Below are positions 10,462 through 20,955 of a stretch of DNA of 64,000 bases, piece after piece. Within the stretch, counting starts at the first letter, position 1, and each line of letters opens with the position of its first letter. The position numbers were made by a program, and so were the translations under genes. Below the pieces are notes generated by a model that was not told the origin of the DNA, did not search any database, and worked only from the letters and a program-made list of their open reading frames with translations. The stretch is from Nitrosopumilus sp. (GTDB lineage: Archaea; Thermoproteota; Nitrososphaeria; Nitrososphaerales; Nitrosopumilaceae), in NCBI GenBank assembly GCA_965224195.1, contig OZ245040.1, forward strand, positions 480,001-544,000. The letters run 5' to 3'.

Positions 10462-10538
10462 AAGGTAACCCCTTCAGATACACTTCTTTTTCATTTTCCT
10501 TTTTAGTTTAGATTAACGATCTTCGTCATACTCTAAAA

Positions 10539-10547
10539 TTTTATATA
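10539..10547 (+). promoter_or_regulatory. Probable TATA box of amoA (short or no leader)
   Basis: TTTTATATA ~25 nt upstream of the ATG, preceded by an A-rich BRE-like stretch. Confidence 0.5.
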
Positions 10548-10569
10548 CTGACCGTTTCTTCACCTTCAT

Positions 10570-11220
10570 ATGGTCTGGTTAAGACGATGTACACACTACT
10601 TATTCATAGTAGTAGTTGCAGTTAACTCAACACTGTTAACAATTAATGCAGGAGACTACATCTTCTACACTGACTGGGCTTGGACTTCGTACACGGTATT
10701 TTCAATATCGCAAACGTTGATGCTTATTGTAGGAGCTACATACTATCTTACATTTACAGGCGTTCCAGGCACAGCAACGTACTACGCTCTAATTATGACA
10801 GTATACACATGGATTGCAAAAGGTGCATGGTTTGCACTCGGATATCCATATGACTTTATTGTAACTCCAGTTTGGCTACCCTCAGCAATGCTGTTGGACT
10901 TGGTTTACTGGGCAACAAAGAAGAACAAGCACTCCTTGATACTGTTTGGCGGCGTACTGGTAGGAATGTCATTACCATTGTTCAACATGGTAAACCTGAT
11001 AACGGTAGCAGACCCACTAGAAACGGCATTCAAATATCCAAGACCAACATTGCCACCATATATGACACCAATCGAACCGCAAGTCGGCAAATTCTATAAC
11101 AGCCCAGTTGCTCTTGGTGCAGGTGCAGGTGCAGTATTGGCATGTACATTTGCAGCTTTAGGTTGTAAATTGAATACTTGGACATACAGATGGATGGCCG
11201 CTTGGTCAAAGTGGGACTAA
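10570..11220 (+). CDS. amoA: Ammonia monooxygenase subunit A
   Basis: Canonical 216-aa archaeal AmoA, MVWLRRCTHY...WTYRWMAAWSKWD. Confidence 0.99.
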   Translation: MVWLRRCTHYLFIVVVAVNSTLLTINAGDYIFYTDWAWTSYTVFSISQTLMLIVGATYYLTFTGVPGTATYYALIMTVYTWIAKGAWFALGYPYDFIVTPVWLPSAMLLDLVYWATKKNKHSLILFGGVLVGMSLPLFNMVNLITVADPLETAFKYPRPTLPPYMTPIEPQVGKFYNSPVALGAGAGAVLACTFAALGCKLNTWTYRWMAAWSKWD

Positions 11221-11312
11221 AAACTCCAACCTTTTCCTTTTCATTTTATTATCTAACCCTTAGATGATTCTCTACAAAATTTTTTGATTTTAAAAATTCA
11301 AACTAAATTTTT

Positions 11313-12173
11313 CTAATAATTTTTAATCAATAATTCAAAGTGTCCAGTTCGTTTTTTAGAATTTGAATTGATAGAACGGTTTGCTTGGACTTTGCTAATC
11401 TTCCAAGATTTGTTTGAGAATATTTCTGCAACTTCTTTAGAGTCAGAATTTGATAATAGAACTTTACATCCTTTGGAATCTAATTTCATACAAAGTTCTG
11501 CAAGTCTGTTAAGATCCTCATATGTGAAACTCTTGTTGGTATAACTTGTAAAATTGGCAGTTTCACTAACTGGTTGGTATGGGGGATCAAAGTATACCAG
11601 ATCTCCTTTTTTTGCATCTCGAAGTACTGATTCAAAATCTCTACATTTTATGGCAACTTTACTTGATTGTAAAATAGCACTAACTGAACGTAAGTTTTCT
11701 TCATTTACTATATTGGGATTTGTGTAACTACCTAGAGGGACGTTGAATTTCCCCTTACTGTTGACTCTGTACAATCCATTAAAACAGGTTCTATTCAAAA
11801 AGAGCAATCTTGATGTCTTTTCGATTTCACTTCTAGGGTTTGCTTCTCTAACTGAATAATAGTATGTTTTAGAATCTTTTTGATAATTCCTTTCATGATT
11901 TTTTAGAGATGGAATTAATTCATCAATTCTATTTCGAATTGCAGTATATGTCAAAACTAAATCAGAGTTCAAATCTGAGATACTGCATTTTTGAGCATTT
12001 CTCTCAGCAAGGATGTGGAACAGTAATGCACCTCCACCTAAAAATGGCTCATAATAGGTACCAAAGGTTTTGGGTAAATTTTCATTTAGTATAGGAATTA
12101 GTTGACGTTTTCCACCAGCCCATTTTACAAATGGTTTTGGAGTTCCATGAATTTGGCTATAGGTCTGTTTCAA
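11313..12173 (-). CDS. DNA adenine methyltransferase, Dam/D12 class, no adjacent nuclease
   Basis: KWAGGK, YYEPFLGGGA, FNGLYRVN..G.FNVP, YFDPPY. Confidence 0.93.
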   Translation of the reverse strand: MKQTYSQIHGTPKPFVKWAGGKRQLIPILNENLPKTFGTYYEPFLGGGALLFHILAERNAQKCSISDLNSDLVLTYTAIRNRIDELIPSLKNHERNYQKDSKTYYYSVREANPRSEIEKTSRLLFLNRTCFNGLYRVNSKGKFNVPLGSYTNPNIVNEENLRSVSAILQSSKVAIKCRDFESVLRDAKKGDLVYFDPPYQPVSETANFTSYTNKSFTYEDLNRLAELCMKLDSKGCKVLLSNSDSKEVAEIFSNKSWKISKVQANRSINSNSKKRTGHFELLIKNY

Positions 12174-12308
12174 TAATGAATATTACAAAATTCATTATCA
12201 CTGGAGAACATAAAATAATTTAATCCCGAACTAACTTTTTTCTAGTCATGAAATAGCTTAAATAGAAATTTTGTAAATTAGTAAAAATTCATGATTTAGA
12301 AAATAGAA

Positions 12309-12382
12309 AGCTTCGAACGGGATCTGAACCCGTGACCTTTACATTACCAATGTAACGCTCTACCAGACTGAGCTACCGAAGC
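12309..12382 (-). tRNA. tRNA-Thr(GGT)
   Basis: Cloverleaf; anticodon arm TTACA-TTGGTAA-TGTAA. Confidence 0.92.
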
Positions 12383-12473
12383 ACAAATTCACCCTGTAGA
12401 AAATCCTTATAATTCTTCATTCTGGGCCAATTTACTCTAAACTGTTAAATTTCACTCAGATTTTTATCCTTTT

Positions 12474-12595
12474 GGAGGAGTAATCAAGCCTGGCCAAAGT
12501 AAGCACTATGTGCTTTTGGACATGCAGGACTTAAGATCAAATAATGGGTGATCCTGTCTCTCAGGAGTTCGTGGGTTCAAATCCCACCTCCTCCA
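12474..12595 (+). tRNA. tRNA-Leu(TAA) with two introns (D-arm and anticodon loop)
   Basis: Acceptor GGAGGAG/CTCCTCC-A; CAGGA-CTTAAG[ATCAAATAATGGGTG]A-TCCTG; extra hairpin insert in the D arm; long variable arm. Confidence 0.85.
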
Positions 12596-12596
12596 C

Positions 12597-12983
12597 TTAT
12601 CTTGGATTTTTGATTCCTCTAGAATTTAGAACTTCATAAACATCTGGCAATGAGAATACAAATCCAACATGGACACAATCTTTCTCATCGCAGAGCTGAC
12701 AAAATAATTCACCTTTTTGAATTGCAACTTCTGCAATTCTATTTTTGATATTGTCTTTTAGAACAACACGATCATCATCAACTGAAATTTTTTCAATCTT
12801 TGGAGCATATCTTGCAAAAGTCTTGTCCTTTTGCATCATCTCCTCTAACATGTAAGTTACATAACCTGCAAAACTGTTGACCCCTTTCATTGTTAGGTCG
12901 TCTTTACTCTTTTGATAAACTTCATGGAATTTATCATAAACAGTTTCTGAAACAGTGATTGATTTGAATCCGGCTTTTGGCAA
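12597..12983 (-). CDS. Conserved hypothetical protein (N-terminal DNA-binding-like segment, C-terminal CxxC...CxH)
   Basis: KSITVSETVYDKF and FCQLCDEKDCVH. Confidence 0.7.
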   Translation of the reverse strand: MPKAGFKSITVSETVYDKFHEVYQKSKDDLTMKGVNSFAGYVTYMLEEMMQKDKTFARYAPKIEKISVDDDRVVLKDNIKNRIAEVAIQKGELFCQLCDEKDCVHVGFVFSLPDVYEVLNSRGIKNPR

Positions 12984-13056
12984 TTTACTTTTTCTTACCG
13001 TACAATAAAGTACTCAAGTATATAATGTTTTATTTTAATGACTATTGCATTATAGC

Positions 13057-13953
13057 ATGGGAAAAGGCTATTCTACTGAGGAGATAAGAGAAAAATTAAT
13101 TTCAATTTTGGATGATTCAGTTTCTGGAATGTCTGGAGTTGAGATTTCTGATAAAATAGGCATCAATCGAATTACAATGTCAAAATATCTCAAAGTTTTT
13201 GCAGCAGAAGGATTGCTACGACAAAAGAATATTGGAAATATTATTTTATGGTTTTTAGAACCAGGACAAGAATCATTTAATTTCCCTGATGATTATTTCA
13301 AAGTGGTTCCACAATATCTTGATTATTTGGTAAAAGGTACTGAGGATCAAGTTTACTCTTTAATTCGTAATTGTATACATTCTGGAGGTACTGTGAATCG
13401 CTTAGTATTGGAAGTGATTTTCCCTTCTATTGATTATGTTAAGAAATTATTTGATGATGGAAAAATTGGGACTTCTGAACAAAATCTCTTAATGAATACT
13501 ATCTCAAAATCACTTCAAATTTTTAACCAAATTCAGGTTGTCTCTGATCCAAAAAAGAATATAGTTGTAATGGCAGCCGAATCTGAAAGTAGACTGTATT
13601 CTGAAGCAGCTTCTGCGGTTTACCATTCTGATGGGTGGAAAGTTTCTCATTTAGGCGATATGTCCTCTTCAATCAATGTGCTATTTGATCTTGATCTTCA
13701 AAAATTAATAGGAAGAATTTGGAAGCAAAAGCCTGGTATCTTGGTAATTACAGTATTCTCTCAAACAGATGAAGGACTAAACTTTTTTGCAGATTCTATA
13801 AATCCAATAAAAGAGAAGTTTGGAAAACAAATGAAATTAGCACTTTGTGGAAACGTATCTAAAAAAACAAAAATCCAATCTGATTTGACGTCTGAAAAAA
13901 TAGGCGATATTTTACAATGGTCTCAAACCATATCTCAAAATTTAAAATGGTAA
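13057..13953 (+). CDS. Winged-helix regulator with B12-binding-like C-terminal domains
   Basis: N-terminal HTH (GVEISDKIGINRITMSKYL), helical cap and Rossmann-like domain (GWKVSHLG); the canonical His motif is not evident. Confidence 0.6.
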   Translation: MGKGYSTEEIREKLISILDDSVSGMSGVEISDKIGINRITMSKYLKVFAAEGLLRQKNIGNIILWFLEPGQESFNFPDDYFKVVPQYLDYLVKGTEDQVYSLIRNCIHSGGTVNRLVLEVIFPSIDYVKKLFDDGKIGTSEQNLLMNTISKSLQIFNQIQVVSDPKKNIVVMAAESESRLYSEAASAVYHSDGWKVSHLGDMSSSINVLFDLDLQKLIGRIWKQKPGILVITVFSQTDEGLNFFADSINPIKEKFGKQMKLALCGNVSKKTKIQSDLTSEKIGDILQWSQTISQNLKW

Positions 13954-13957
13954 AAAA

Positions 13958-14032
13958 TGGGCCCGATGTGATTCGAACACATGACCTTTCGATTATCAGT
14001 CGAACGCTCCAGCCAAGCTGAGCTACGAGCCC
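13958..14032 (-). tRNA. tRNA-Ile(GAT)
   Basis: Cloverleaf; TTCGA-CTGATAA-TCGAA. Confidence 0.95.
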
Positions 14033-14276
14033 ACGAACAAATCTCTAGGCTAGACTCATTTAAGTTTAATTTTGTATTCGCGAAGTGACCAGTAAATTCG
14101 TCACTCATCACACATTCTAGAAATTATTGATAATTAAACATCATGCTTTTGGAATTAATTTAATGACTTTGATATCTTTTCAATTTTTTTAATTATCATC
14201 AAAACTCTGCCATAATCATTATAATTTTTACAAATGTGATTAGGACATTATAATATCAGTACTGAGTGTGAATTTC

Positions 14277-14700
14277 ATGCCCAAAACAGAATTTACAGTT
14301 GACCAGATTGATCATGTGGGATTATCCGTTCCAGACAGAATGAGGTTTCAAAGTAGTATGAGAAAATTCTAGGACTAAAAATAGACAAACAACTAGAAAA
14401 AGACATTTCAAAGATTGGACCATTAATGATAATTACAAAAAATGCCAAAACCATGCTTGCATTATTTGAGGGTTAGCATGAAAAACAATCTGTTTCTTCA
14501 GGATTTCAAAGAGTATTAGGGATGAATGAGTAGATATGATTATTTTTATGATGTGACACAAAGAAGACACTGTTGGGTTTACATCGAATCATATTTTATG
14601 ATGATGGATGCACTGCGCTGAATAAATATCTAATGCCAAAAAGAATGTTTTTTAGATGTACCTGGAGTACATGCTGCAACTTTTTTGAGCATGCGCAGAG
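14277..14700 (+). pseudogene. Decayed VOC/glyoxalase family gene
   Basis: MPKTEFTVDQIDHVGLSVPDR, then *YEKILGL in another frame; multiple disruptions; end approximate. Confidence 0.5.
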
Positions 14701-14821
14701 AGATGTGAAGCGTTGTACCATTCATAGAAGATCTTGAAAAATATTTTCTTAAAATATACTAGCTGATAAAACCATGTAATCTTAGTAAATATTTTAATAT
14801 ATTTTTGCACTATGTGGTATT

Positions 14822-15223
14822 ATGGAGGTAATAGTAATGGTTGGTATTTCAGGTGCTGGGAAAACCACATGGGTCGAGAAGCTGTTTTCACACCATGTAA
14901 AAATTTCCCTTGATAAGATACCCGACAGCAATAGAAGAATGGAACACAATGCAATTGAAGAGAATCTCAAAATGTGTAATGACATTGTAATTGATGATAC
15001 TAATCTCACACGGGACATACGATCAAAACATATTGTTTTGGCCAAAAGGTATGATGCAAAAGTCAAATCTTTTTTTATTAACTTGCCAATGTGGAAGATA
15101 TTATACCAGAACAGAAACAGGGAAGAACCAAAACATGAGTCAGTGCTCTTTAAGATGAAAAAACAGCTAGAGGAGCTTGATGAATATGAGGGATTTGATT
15201 TTATTCAAAAGATAGGTAGCTAA
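14822..15223 (+). CDS. AAA_33 / polynucleotide-kinase-like P-loop protein
   Basis: MVGISGAGKTTW, IVIDDTNLTRDIR, RNR lid. Confidence 0.85.
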   Translation: MEVIVMVGISGAGKTTWVEKLFSHHVKISLDKIPDSNRRMEHNAIEENLKMCNDIVIDDTNLTRDIRSKHIVLAKRYDAKVKSFFINLPMWKILYQNRNREEPKHESVLFKMKKQLEELDEYEGFDFIQKIGS

Positions 15224-15406
15224 TTTTTAGACAAAATACCCATGATTAGAATTTAAGAATATCCCAGAACACATACTGAGATATATTTATGATCGTTTTA
15301 ATGACACATCGCAAACTTATTTTCTTGGTTTGATAATGCCAGACTCTGCTGCTCCATCATACCACATTTTACATAAAACACGGTGATCATATTTCATGGT
15401 ATACTA

Positions 15407-16375
15407 GATGTCCTGCGTAACCAACTGACCTTGGTCATAATCTCAGCATTCCATTACAGCAGGATCCAAAGATAAGAAAAACCGTCTACTTCATGCTAAG
15501 CTATACAAAGCTAGCAGGAAAACCAAAGCAATTCTTGAGGTTTACAGGAATGACCGTAGCACAGTTTGATTTTTTGGCAAAAAAGATACAAAAACAATAC
15601 AAAATTACAGAGAAAAAAAGACTATCCGCAAGAAAAAGAGTTCGTGGTATTGGATCTGGAAGGCCATTCAAGCTTTCAGCAAGGGGTGGGACTCTGGTGT
15701 TGCTAATTCACTGTCGTTGCCATACAAGCTATGGCTTGCTGGAATATCTGTTTGGGGTTGATTCATCAACAGCGTGTAGAGGCATTGCAAGAATTGAGTC
15801 TGCAGTGAAGTGTGTAATTCCAATTCCTGTCAAACTGTATGCTGATTCAAAGAAGATTAACGGCATACGGCAACTGCTGGAATTCTTTCCTGGGCTGATT
15901 GCAATTACTGATGGAGCAGGACAGCAGATCCCAAGACCAGAAAATAAGAAGAGAAAAACCCACTGTTCAGGCAAAAGGAAAGGACATGCAATCAAAAATC
16001 AGATTACGGTTAACCTGAATGGTGGGATTACTCAGACCTCCGCACTCCCCTGGACGAAGAAATGATTACGCAGTACTGAAGATAAAATGCCATTAAATCT
16101 TCAGGTAGGACAGGGCATTTTATGATCCGGGGTATTTGGGTGTTGAGAAAGATCCCCCAAAACAAACTAGCATTTTACCATACAAGAGAGAAAAAGGAAA
16201 AGGGCTGGCCATATCTCAAAAGGATTGGAGCAGGCTACAGAGTAAAATCAGAATAAAAGTAGAACATGCAATTAGTAGAATAAGGAAATTCAGAATCAGT
16301 TCAGAAGCATTTAGGAACAGACTGTGCAGATATGATGGAATAAGCGACATTGTTTGTGGAATTACTAATTTCAAG
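15407..16375 (+). mobile_element. IS5-family (HTH_Tnp_4/DDE_Tnp_4-type) element, frameshifted, right end lost
   Basis: ORFs 15493-16065 and 16136- are homologous to the transposase at 57041; left end GATGTCCTGCGTAA resembles that element's TIR. Confidence 0.85.
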
Positions 16376-17010
16376 AATAGTGCAGTATCATCGTTGAATT
16401 CTTCACCGCCTGATTTTCTCATATTGAGATATCTATCCAATGCCCTTGATGCTTCAGGTGTGAGAAAAGCCCAATATCCCTCTTCAGATTCATCATATAC
16501 TATAATTGCATAACAATCATCTGGCATCCTTTCTAGTCCGTCATATGCCAGGACTGGCTCAGCTATACCATTTGGTCTAATTCCAGTTGATGACAAAAAA
16601 TGAATTAATGCCTTTTCTACTAATTTTGTAGTAGCGCCCAATAAACCAAATACATCATCATCAGATGCAGCGTCTTTACCCCCTTTCTTTCTCTTGTCAT
16701 TTTTGATAGATCTTCTGACTATTTTCTTATGCCATAGTATAGCATTCATATCAAAGAATAATTCTGTAGATGATATCATAACTTGTATTGCTGATTTTTT
16801 TAATGATTCGTTAAGGTAGTAAACCCATGCTTGTAATACGTCTGTTATTTTTTATGGCTCAAATGCAATGAGTTCATCAAAGGACGTATTAGTTTTGATG
16901 TATTTGTTAGATGATGTAAATTTCATAAAGCGATACATATCATACGAATATGTTTTTGGCAGAATCCTCGTTAATGGATCTCCAGAATTTCCTATATTCT
17001 GGGTGTTCTA
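16376..17010 (-). pseudogene. Truncated tyrosine recombinase/integrase
   Basis: KALIHFLSSTGIR...YWAFLTPEAS..LD.Y matches the 33863 recombinase; cut at the IS junction; HxxR and Tyr half absent; 5' end approximate. Confidence 0.8.
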
Positions 17011-17110
17011 ATGCTAATTTATCACCGTGAATAATCCACTTGTAACTGTCTACCATGTAACTTTGAGCGTAAACAGGATATAAAACAATTACTAAACTAG
17101 GAGTACAAGT

Positions 17111-17665
17111 TTAATTTTCTTTCCACTTGATTGAGCATCCAATTGAGGGGTCAAAATCTTTTTCAATTTTTTCTCCAGCTATCAATTTTTCCATATTGAT
17201 GATCATTGTTTTTTCAGTTGCCTCATCATCTGGTTTCATAGCGTTGTCTATTTTTCCATGAAAAATTAGCTGTTTTTGTGCATTAAACAAGAAAGGATCT
17301 GGAGTACACATGGCACCATATTTTTTAGCAATTTCCTGTGTCTCATCTACTAAATAATCAAATTCAAATCCTTTCTCTTTTGCTGTTTCTTTCATAGCTT
17401 CAAAACTATCTTCTGGATAATCTGTAGAATCATTACTGTTGATTCCAATTATTGCTATATCTTTACCGCATTTTTCAAATAATTCATTGAGTGCGTCTAC
17501 TTTTGCTTTCACATATGGACAATGATTACACATGAAAATTACTAGAATTCCTTTGTAATTCCCATAATCATTTAGTGAATGTGTTTTATCGTCAATTCCC
17601 ATTAATTCAAAACCTGGTGCGATATCTCCTGTTTTTAGTTTGATTTGTGATTCTAAAAGTACCAT
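17111..17665 (-). CDS. Thioredoxin-fold AhpC/TSA protein
   Basis: FMCNHCPYV, CTPDPF, PSIGCSIKW. Confidence 0.92.
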   Translation of the reverse strand: MVLLESQIKLKTGDIAPGFELMGIDDKTHSLNDYGNYKGILVIFMCNHCPYVKAKVDALNELFEKCGKDIAIIGINSNDSTDYPEDSFEAMKETAKEKGFEFDYLVDETQEIAKKYGAMCTPDPFLFNAQKQLIFHGKIDNAMKPDDEATEKTMIINMEKLIAGEKIEKDFDPSIGCSIKWKEN

Positions 17666-17745
17666 ATTGAAAATATCGTGTTTTCAAATAAAATCCTTGC
17701 CAAGAAGACAACAATTAAAATCCACACTTTATCCATTCTTCTTGT

Positions 17746-17819
17746 GGGCCGGTAGTATAGCCTGGTAGTATACCCGCCTTGCACGCGGGGGGTCACGGAT
17801 TCGAATTCCGTCCGGTCCA
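17746..17819 (+). tRNA. tRNA-Ala(TGC)
   Basis: Cloverleaf, CCCGC-CTTGCAC-GCGGG, G3:U70 pair. Confidence 0.95.
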
Positions 17820-17889
17820 CTTCTCCCGATCAATACTGAAATTTAGACTTCAGGATGGATTTAAATAGGATAAGTTTTGGTTTTTACGT

Positions 17890-17991
17890 ATGACAAGTGT
17901 AGTCGATGGATGGCCTGTATGGATTCCACTCATTGTTGGTTTAGCACCAGGTTTAGTTTACTGGTTAGCAATTACCGCAAAGAGAAAATAA
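17890..17991 (+). CDS. 33-aa membrane microprotein
   Basis: MTSVVDGWPVWIPLIVGLAPGLVYWLAITAKRK; TTTAAATA upstream, T-rich tract downstream. Confidence 0.6.
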   Translation: MTSVVDGWPVWIPLIVGLAPGLVYWLAITAKRK

Positions 17992-18120
17992 AATTAGCAT
18001 ATATTTTTAATTTCTTTTTATTCTCCTAACTTTTAGTGTAAACTGGGTTTAACGTTGTTACCTTATTTGTTCACTATTTGTTATGTTACCTGAAATTAAT
18101 CCCCAATCTTAAAGGAAATT

Positions 18121-19188
18121 ATGATGAAAGTAGTTTTATGCTCATTTTTGATATTACTTTTAGTTCCTTTTTCACAAGCATTTTCTGCAGAAACTACAGA
18201 CACTCCTTCCACACTTAATGTATCTCTAAGCAATGAATCTCCATTTGTATATCAAGACTCTGAAGGCTATACCGTAGTTGTTGGATTAGTTGATAATAAC
18301 AATCCTCTAACTCCAATATCTAATGTTCAAATTCAAGTAAATTTCTATGATGATTTAGATCCTACTCCTTTAGAAGTTGTACAAGGAACTACCACACTTG
18401 AAGTAATTCCTGCTAATGGTAAATCCACATATTCAATTCGCTCTCAATCTACAAATCCAAGTATATCTGAGGCTTCTGTTTCTCTATTGGGATTTGATTC
18501 CTCAGTAGAAAAACAAAAAGGGTTAACAGTGTATTCTACTGATGTGTTTTTGGATACATCCTTTAGATTTTCAGGAGTTTTACAAAATGGAGGAGCTCCA
18601 AGTGCTGATACCAATGTCTATCTTGCATTTTATGATGGCTTTGAGCCTTCTAGAATCCTTAGTGTATCTACAGTTGAATTAGGAAACATAGATCTAAACA
18701 CTGATGTATCCTTTGAGTTAGATGAGGAAATTAACTCAAGAGCAGTAGGGTTTTTCTTGTTTGCAGAATCTAGTGTTTTTATTTCTGACTTGATAGATAT
18801 TAAAATTCCTGAATCTGGAATTCTTGATAAATTAATCACTATTTCAAATATATCAGTAGAAGATATAAGTGGAAATAAATTATCTGAATTAAGTGTAGGT
18901 TCTCAAGCAAACATAAAAAGTGAAACTTGGATTCAATTTACTGCAGATCCAGAAACCAATGAAACTGCATACACATACTATGTACAAGTAAAAGAATCTG
19001 GTGAATCTCCATATGTAGAATATATTGGAACATTTGATGGGAGATTTATTGGAACTGGTCAAGAAACACAAACCATAGATTGGATTCCAGAAAAAACTGG
19101 TTTGTATTTCATTGAAACTTTTGTTTGGGATCGAAATAATATTCCAATTGCCGAACAGGGCCCATTTGTTCTAGTAATCGTGAATTAA
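18121..19188 (+). CDS. Secreted beta-rich hypothetical protein
   Basis: Signal peptide (AFS|A), acidic Ig-like composition, C-terminal WIP..G.Y.IETFVW. Confidence 0.75.
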   Translation: MMKVVLCSFLILLLVPFSQAFSAETTDTPSTLNVSLSNESPFVYQDSEGYTVVVGLVDNNNPLTPISNVQIQVNFYDDLDPTPLEVVQGTTTLEVIPANGKSTYSIRSQSTNPSISEASVSLLGFDSSVEKQKGLTVYSTDVFLDTSFRFSGVLQNGGAPSADTNVYLAFYDGFEPSRILSVSTVELGNIDLNTDVSFELDEEINSRAVGFFLFAESSVFISDLIDIKIPESGILDKLITISNISVEDISGNKLSELSVGSQANIKSETWIQFTADPETNETAYTYYVQVKESGESPYVEYIGTFDGRFIGTGQETQTIDWIPEKTGLYFIETFVWDRNNIPIAEQGPFVLVIVN

Positions 19189-19251
19189 TTCTACTATTGT
19201 CCATATCATTTCTCACCGTTTAAATGCAGAAAGGAATGTACAATCTTAATT

Positions 19252-19944
19252 ATGAATAAGAAAATTTTCACAATTTCAATAATCTCTTTAATTCTGATAT
19301 CTTCTTCTGGACAGTCAGTTTTGGGTTATGGTGGACCACCAGAACAAAGTAGTGCTAATAATTATACTGTAGATATTATTTCTGACAATGCATCATACGC
19401 ACTTGGAGAATCTGTAATATTTTCTGGCAGCGTAAACAAATATGATGAAGACAGAAATTTACGAATTACAATTTTTGGTACTGGTAATAGTCTAATCTTA
19501 TCTCAAAAAACTCCTGTAAATGAAGATGGTACCTTCTTACATGAAGTAAATCTTAATGAAAAATTCAGTGATGGTAAATTTACAGTAAAAGCCCAATATG
19601 GTAATTCAAAGACAACAATTGCAATTATTTCATTTGAAGTAATTTCTAACAATGTAGTTTCACAAGACAACAAAATTCCTGATTGGATTAAGAACAATGC
19701 TGGATGGTGGGCAGATGGACAAATAGATGATAATTCATTTGTTGAAGGAATTCAATTCTTAATCAAAGAAGGGTTTATGCAAATCCCAATCACTGAACAA
19801 GGTTCAGTTTCACAAGACAACAAAATTCCTGATTGGATTAAGAACAATGCTGGATGGTGGGCAGATGGACAAATAGATGATAATTCATTTGTTGAAGGAA
19901 TTCAATTCTTAATCAAAGAAGGATTCATGAAATTATCAAAATAA
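19252..19944 (+). CDS. Secreted protein with two IPxWIKNNAGWW C-terminal repeats
   Basis: Signal peptide; duplicated thaumarchaeal surface-protein motif. Confidence 0.8.
   Translation: MNKKIFTISIISLILISSSGQSVLGYGGPPEQSSANNYTVDIISDNASYALGESVIFSGSVNKYDEDRNLRITIFGTGNSLILSQKTPVNEDGTFLHEVNLNEKFSDGKFTVKAQYGNSKTTIAIISFEVISNNVVSQDNKIPDWIKNNAGWWADGQIDDNSFVEGIQFLIKEGFMQIPITEQGSVSQDNKIPDWIKNNAGWWADGQIDDNSFVEGIQFLIKEGFMKLSK
19656..19922 (+). repeat. Direct repeat, 2 x ~117 bp, period 150 bp
   Basis: AGTTTCACAAGACAAC...CAAAGAAGG at 19656 and 19806. Confidence 0.9.
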
Positions 19945-20023
19945 AGCAGAATTTTTAAATAATTTAGAGTAAAAATCAACAAAAAACTAGTATATTTATT
20001 TTCAAAGAAAATTATCATCTTAC

Positions 20024-20500
20024 ATGTCTAAATTCTCTCTTGTAGCAATAGGTGGAACTTTTGATATTATCCATAAAGGACATCTCACTTTACTATCAAA
20101 TGCATTTGATATTTCTGATAAAGTTATCATAGGAATTACCAGTGATGAATTTGCTGCAAAAAAAGGTAAAATTCTCACAAACAAGTATGATCAACGTTTT
20201 GAAAATTTAACATCTATTTTAAAAAAAAAATTCTCTAACGCCTCTTTTGAAATAAGTAAATTAGAAAACGATTTTGGACCAGCAGTTCTAGAAAAAGGAG
20301 TTGAAGCATTAGTCGTCAGTGATGAAACAAGTAATCAGGGAATCATTCTTAATGAATTGAGAGCAAAAAAGAATCTTCCACCAGTTCAAGTTGTTACGGT
20401 TCCAATGTTTTTGGCAAAAGATGGTACTCGAATATCCACGACTAGAATTAAAAATTCTGAAATAGATATTGATGGAAACTTGCTATCAATTGACAAGTAG
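20024..20500 (+). CDS. coaD: Phosphopantetheine adenylyltransferase (archaeal type)
   Basis: GGTFDIIHKGH, ALVVSDET, RISTTRI. Confidence 0.92.
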   Translation: MSKFSLVAIGGTFDIIHKGHLTLLSNAFDISDKVIIGITSDEFAAKKGKILTNKYDQRFENLTSILKKKFSNASFEISKLENDFGPAVLEKGVEALVVSDETSNQGIILNELRAKKNLPPVQVVTVPMFLAKDGTRISTTRIKNSEIDIDGNLLSIDK

Positions 20501-20552
20501 CTTATCGAACTTTGAGTAATTGGAATAAAACAAAATTCTTGGATTGAGCCTT

Positions 20553-20882
20553 ATGGCAATCATTAACCACATGATGAAAAAAATTGATACTGATGTGGCA
20601 AATCTCAAACAGGGATTACATCCTCAAAATCTTTCATACTGGTATGATAAAATTATCAAAGAAACTATTGAAATGGCCCCTCCATGGCTTCAGGATAAAA
20701 TCAAAGTACATCAAGATCCTACTCTTCCAATGAAATTTAATTTAGATATCTCGAAACGTGCTGTAAGATATTTTATGATTGTTGTTGATAATAATTTAGA
20801 TGATATGCCATACTCAACAAAACTCTATTTCCTTAAAGTGCAAGAAATAATGTCAATTGAAATGGACAAATCTCTAGTTTAA
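20553..20882 (+). CDS. Conserved hypothetical protein
   Basis: ORF with normal composition; likely ATG at 20553. Confidence 0.65.
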   Translation: MAIINHMMKKIDTDVANLKQGLHPQNLSYWYDKIIKETIEMAPPWLQDKIKVHQDPTLPMKFNLDISKRAVRYFMIVVDNNLDDMPYSTKLYFLKVQEIMSIEMDKSLV

Positions 20883-20955
20883 TGAGATTTTTTTATTCTA
20901 GGCACAAACCAAAGCTCTAGGTATCTATAACCAATTGATCTCAATTTCTCTATTA

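Noticed and set aside
11313-12173. Dam-like methylase next to amoA as a novel regulatory link
   Set aside because: Convergent with amoA and no sequence evidence of coupling; adjacency alone is insufficient
16136-16779. ORFs 16136-16513 and 16216-16779 as real genes
   Set aside because: Chimeric read-through across the IS/integrase junction
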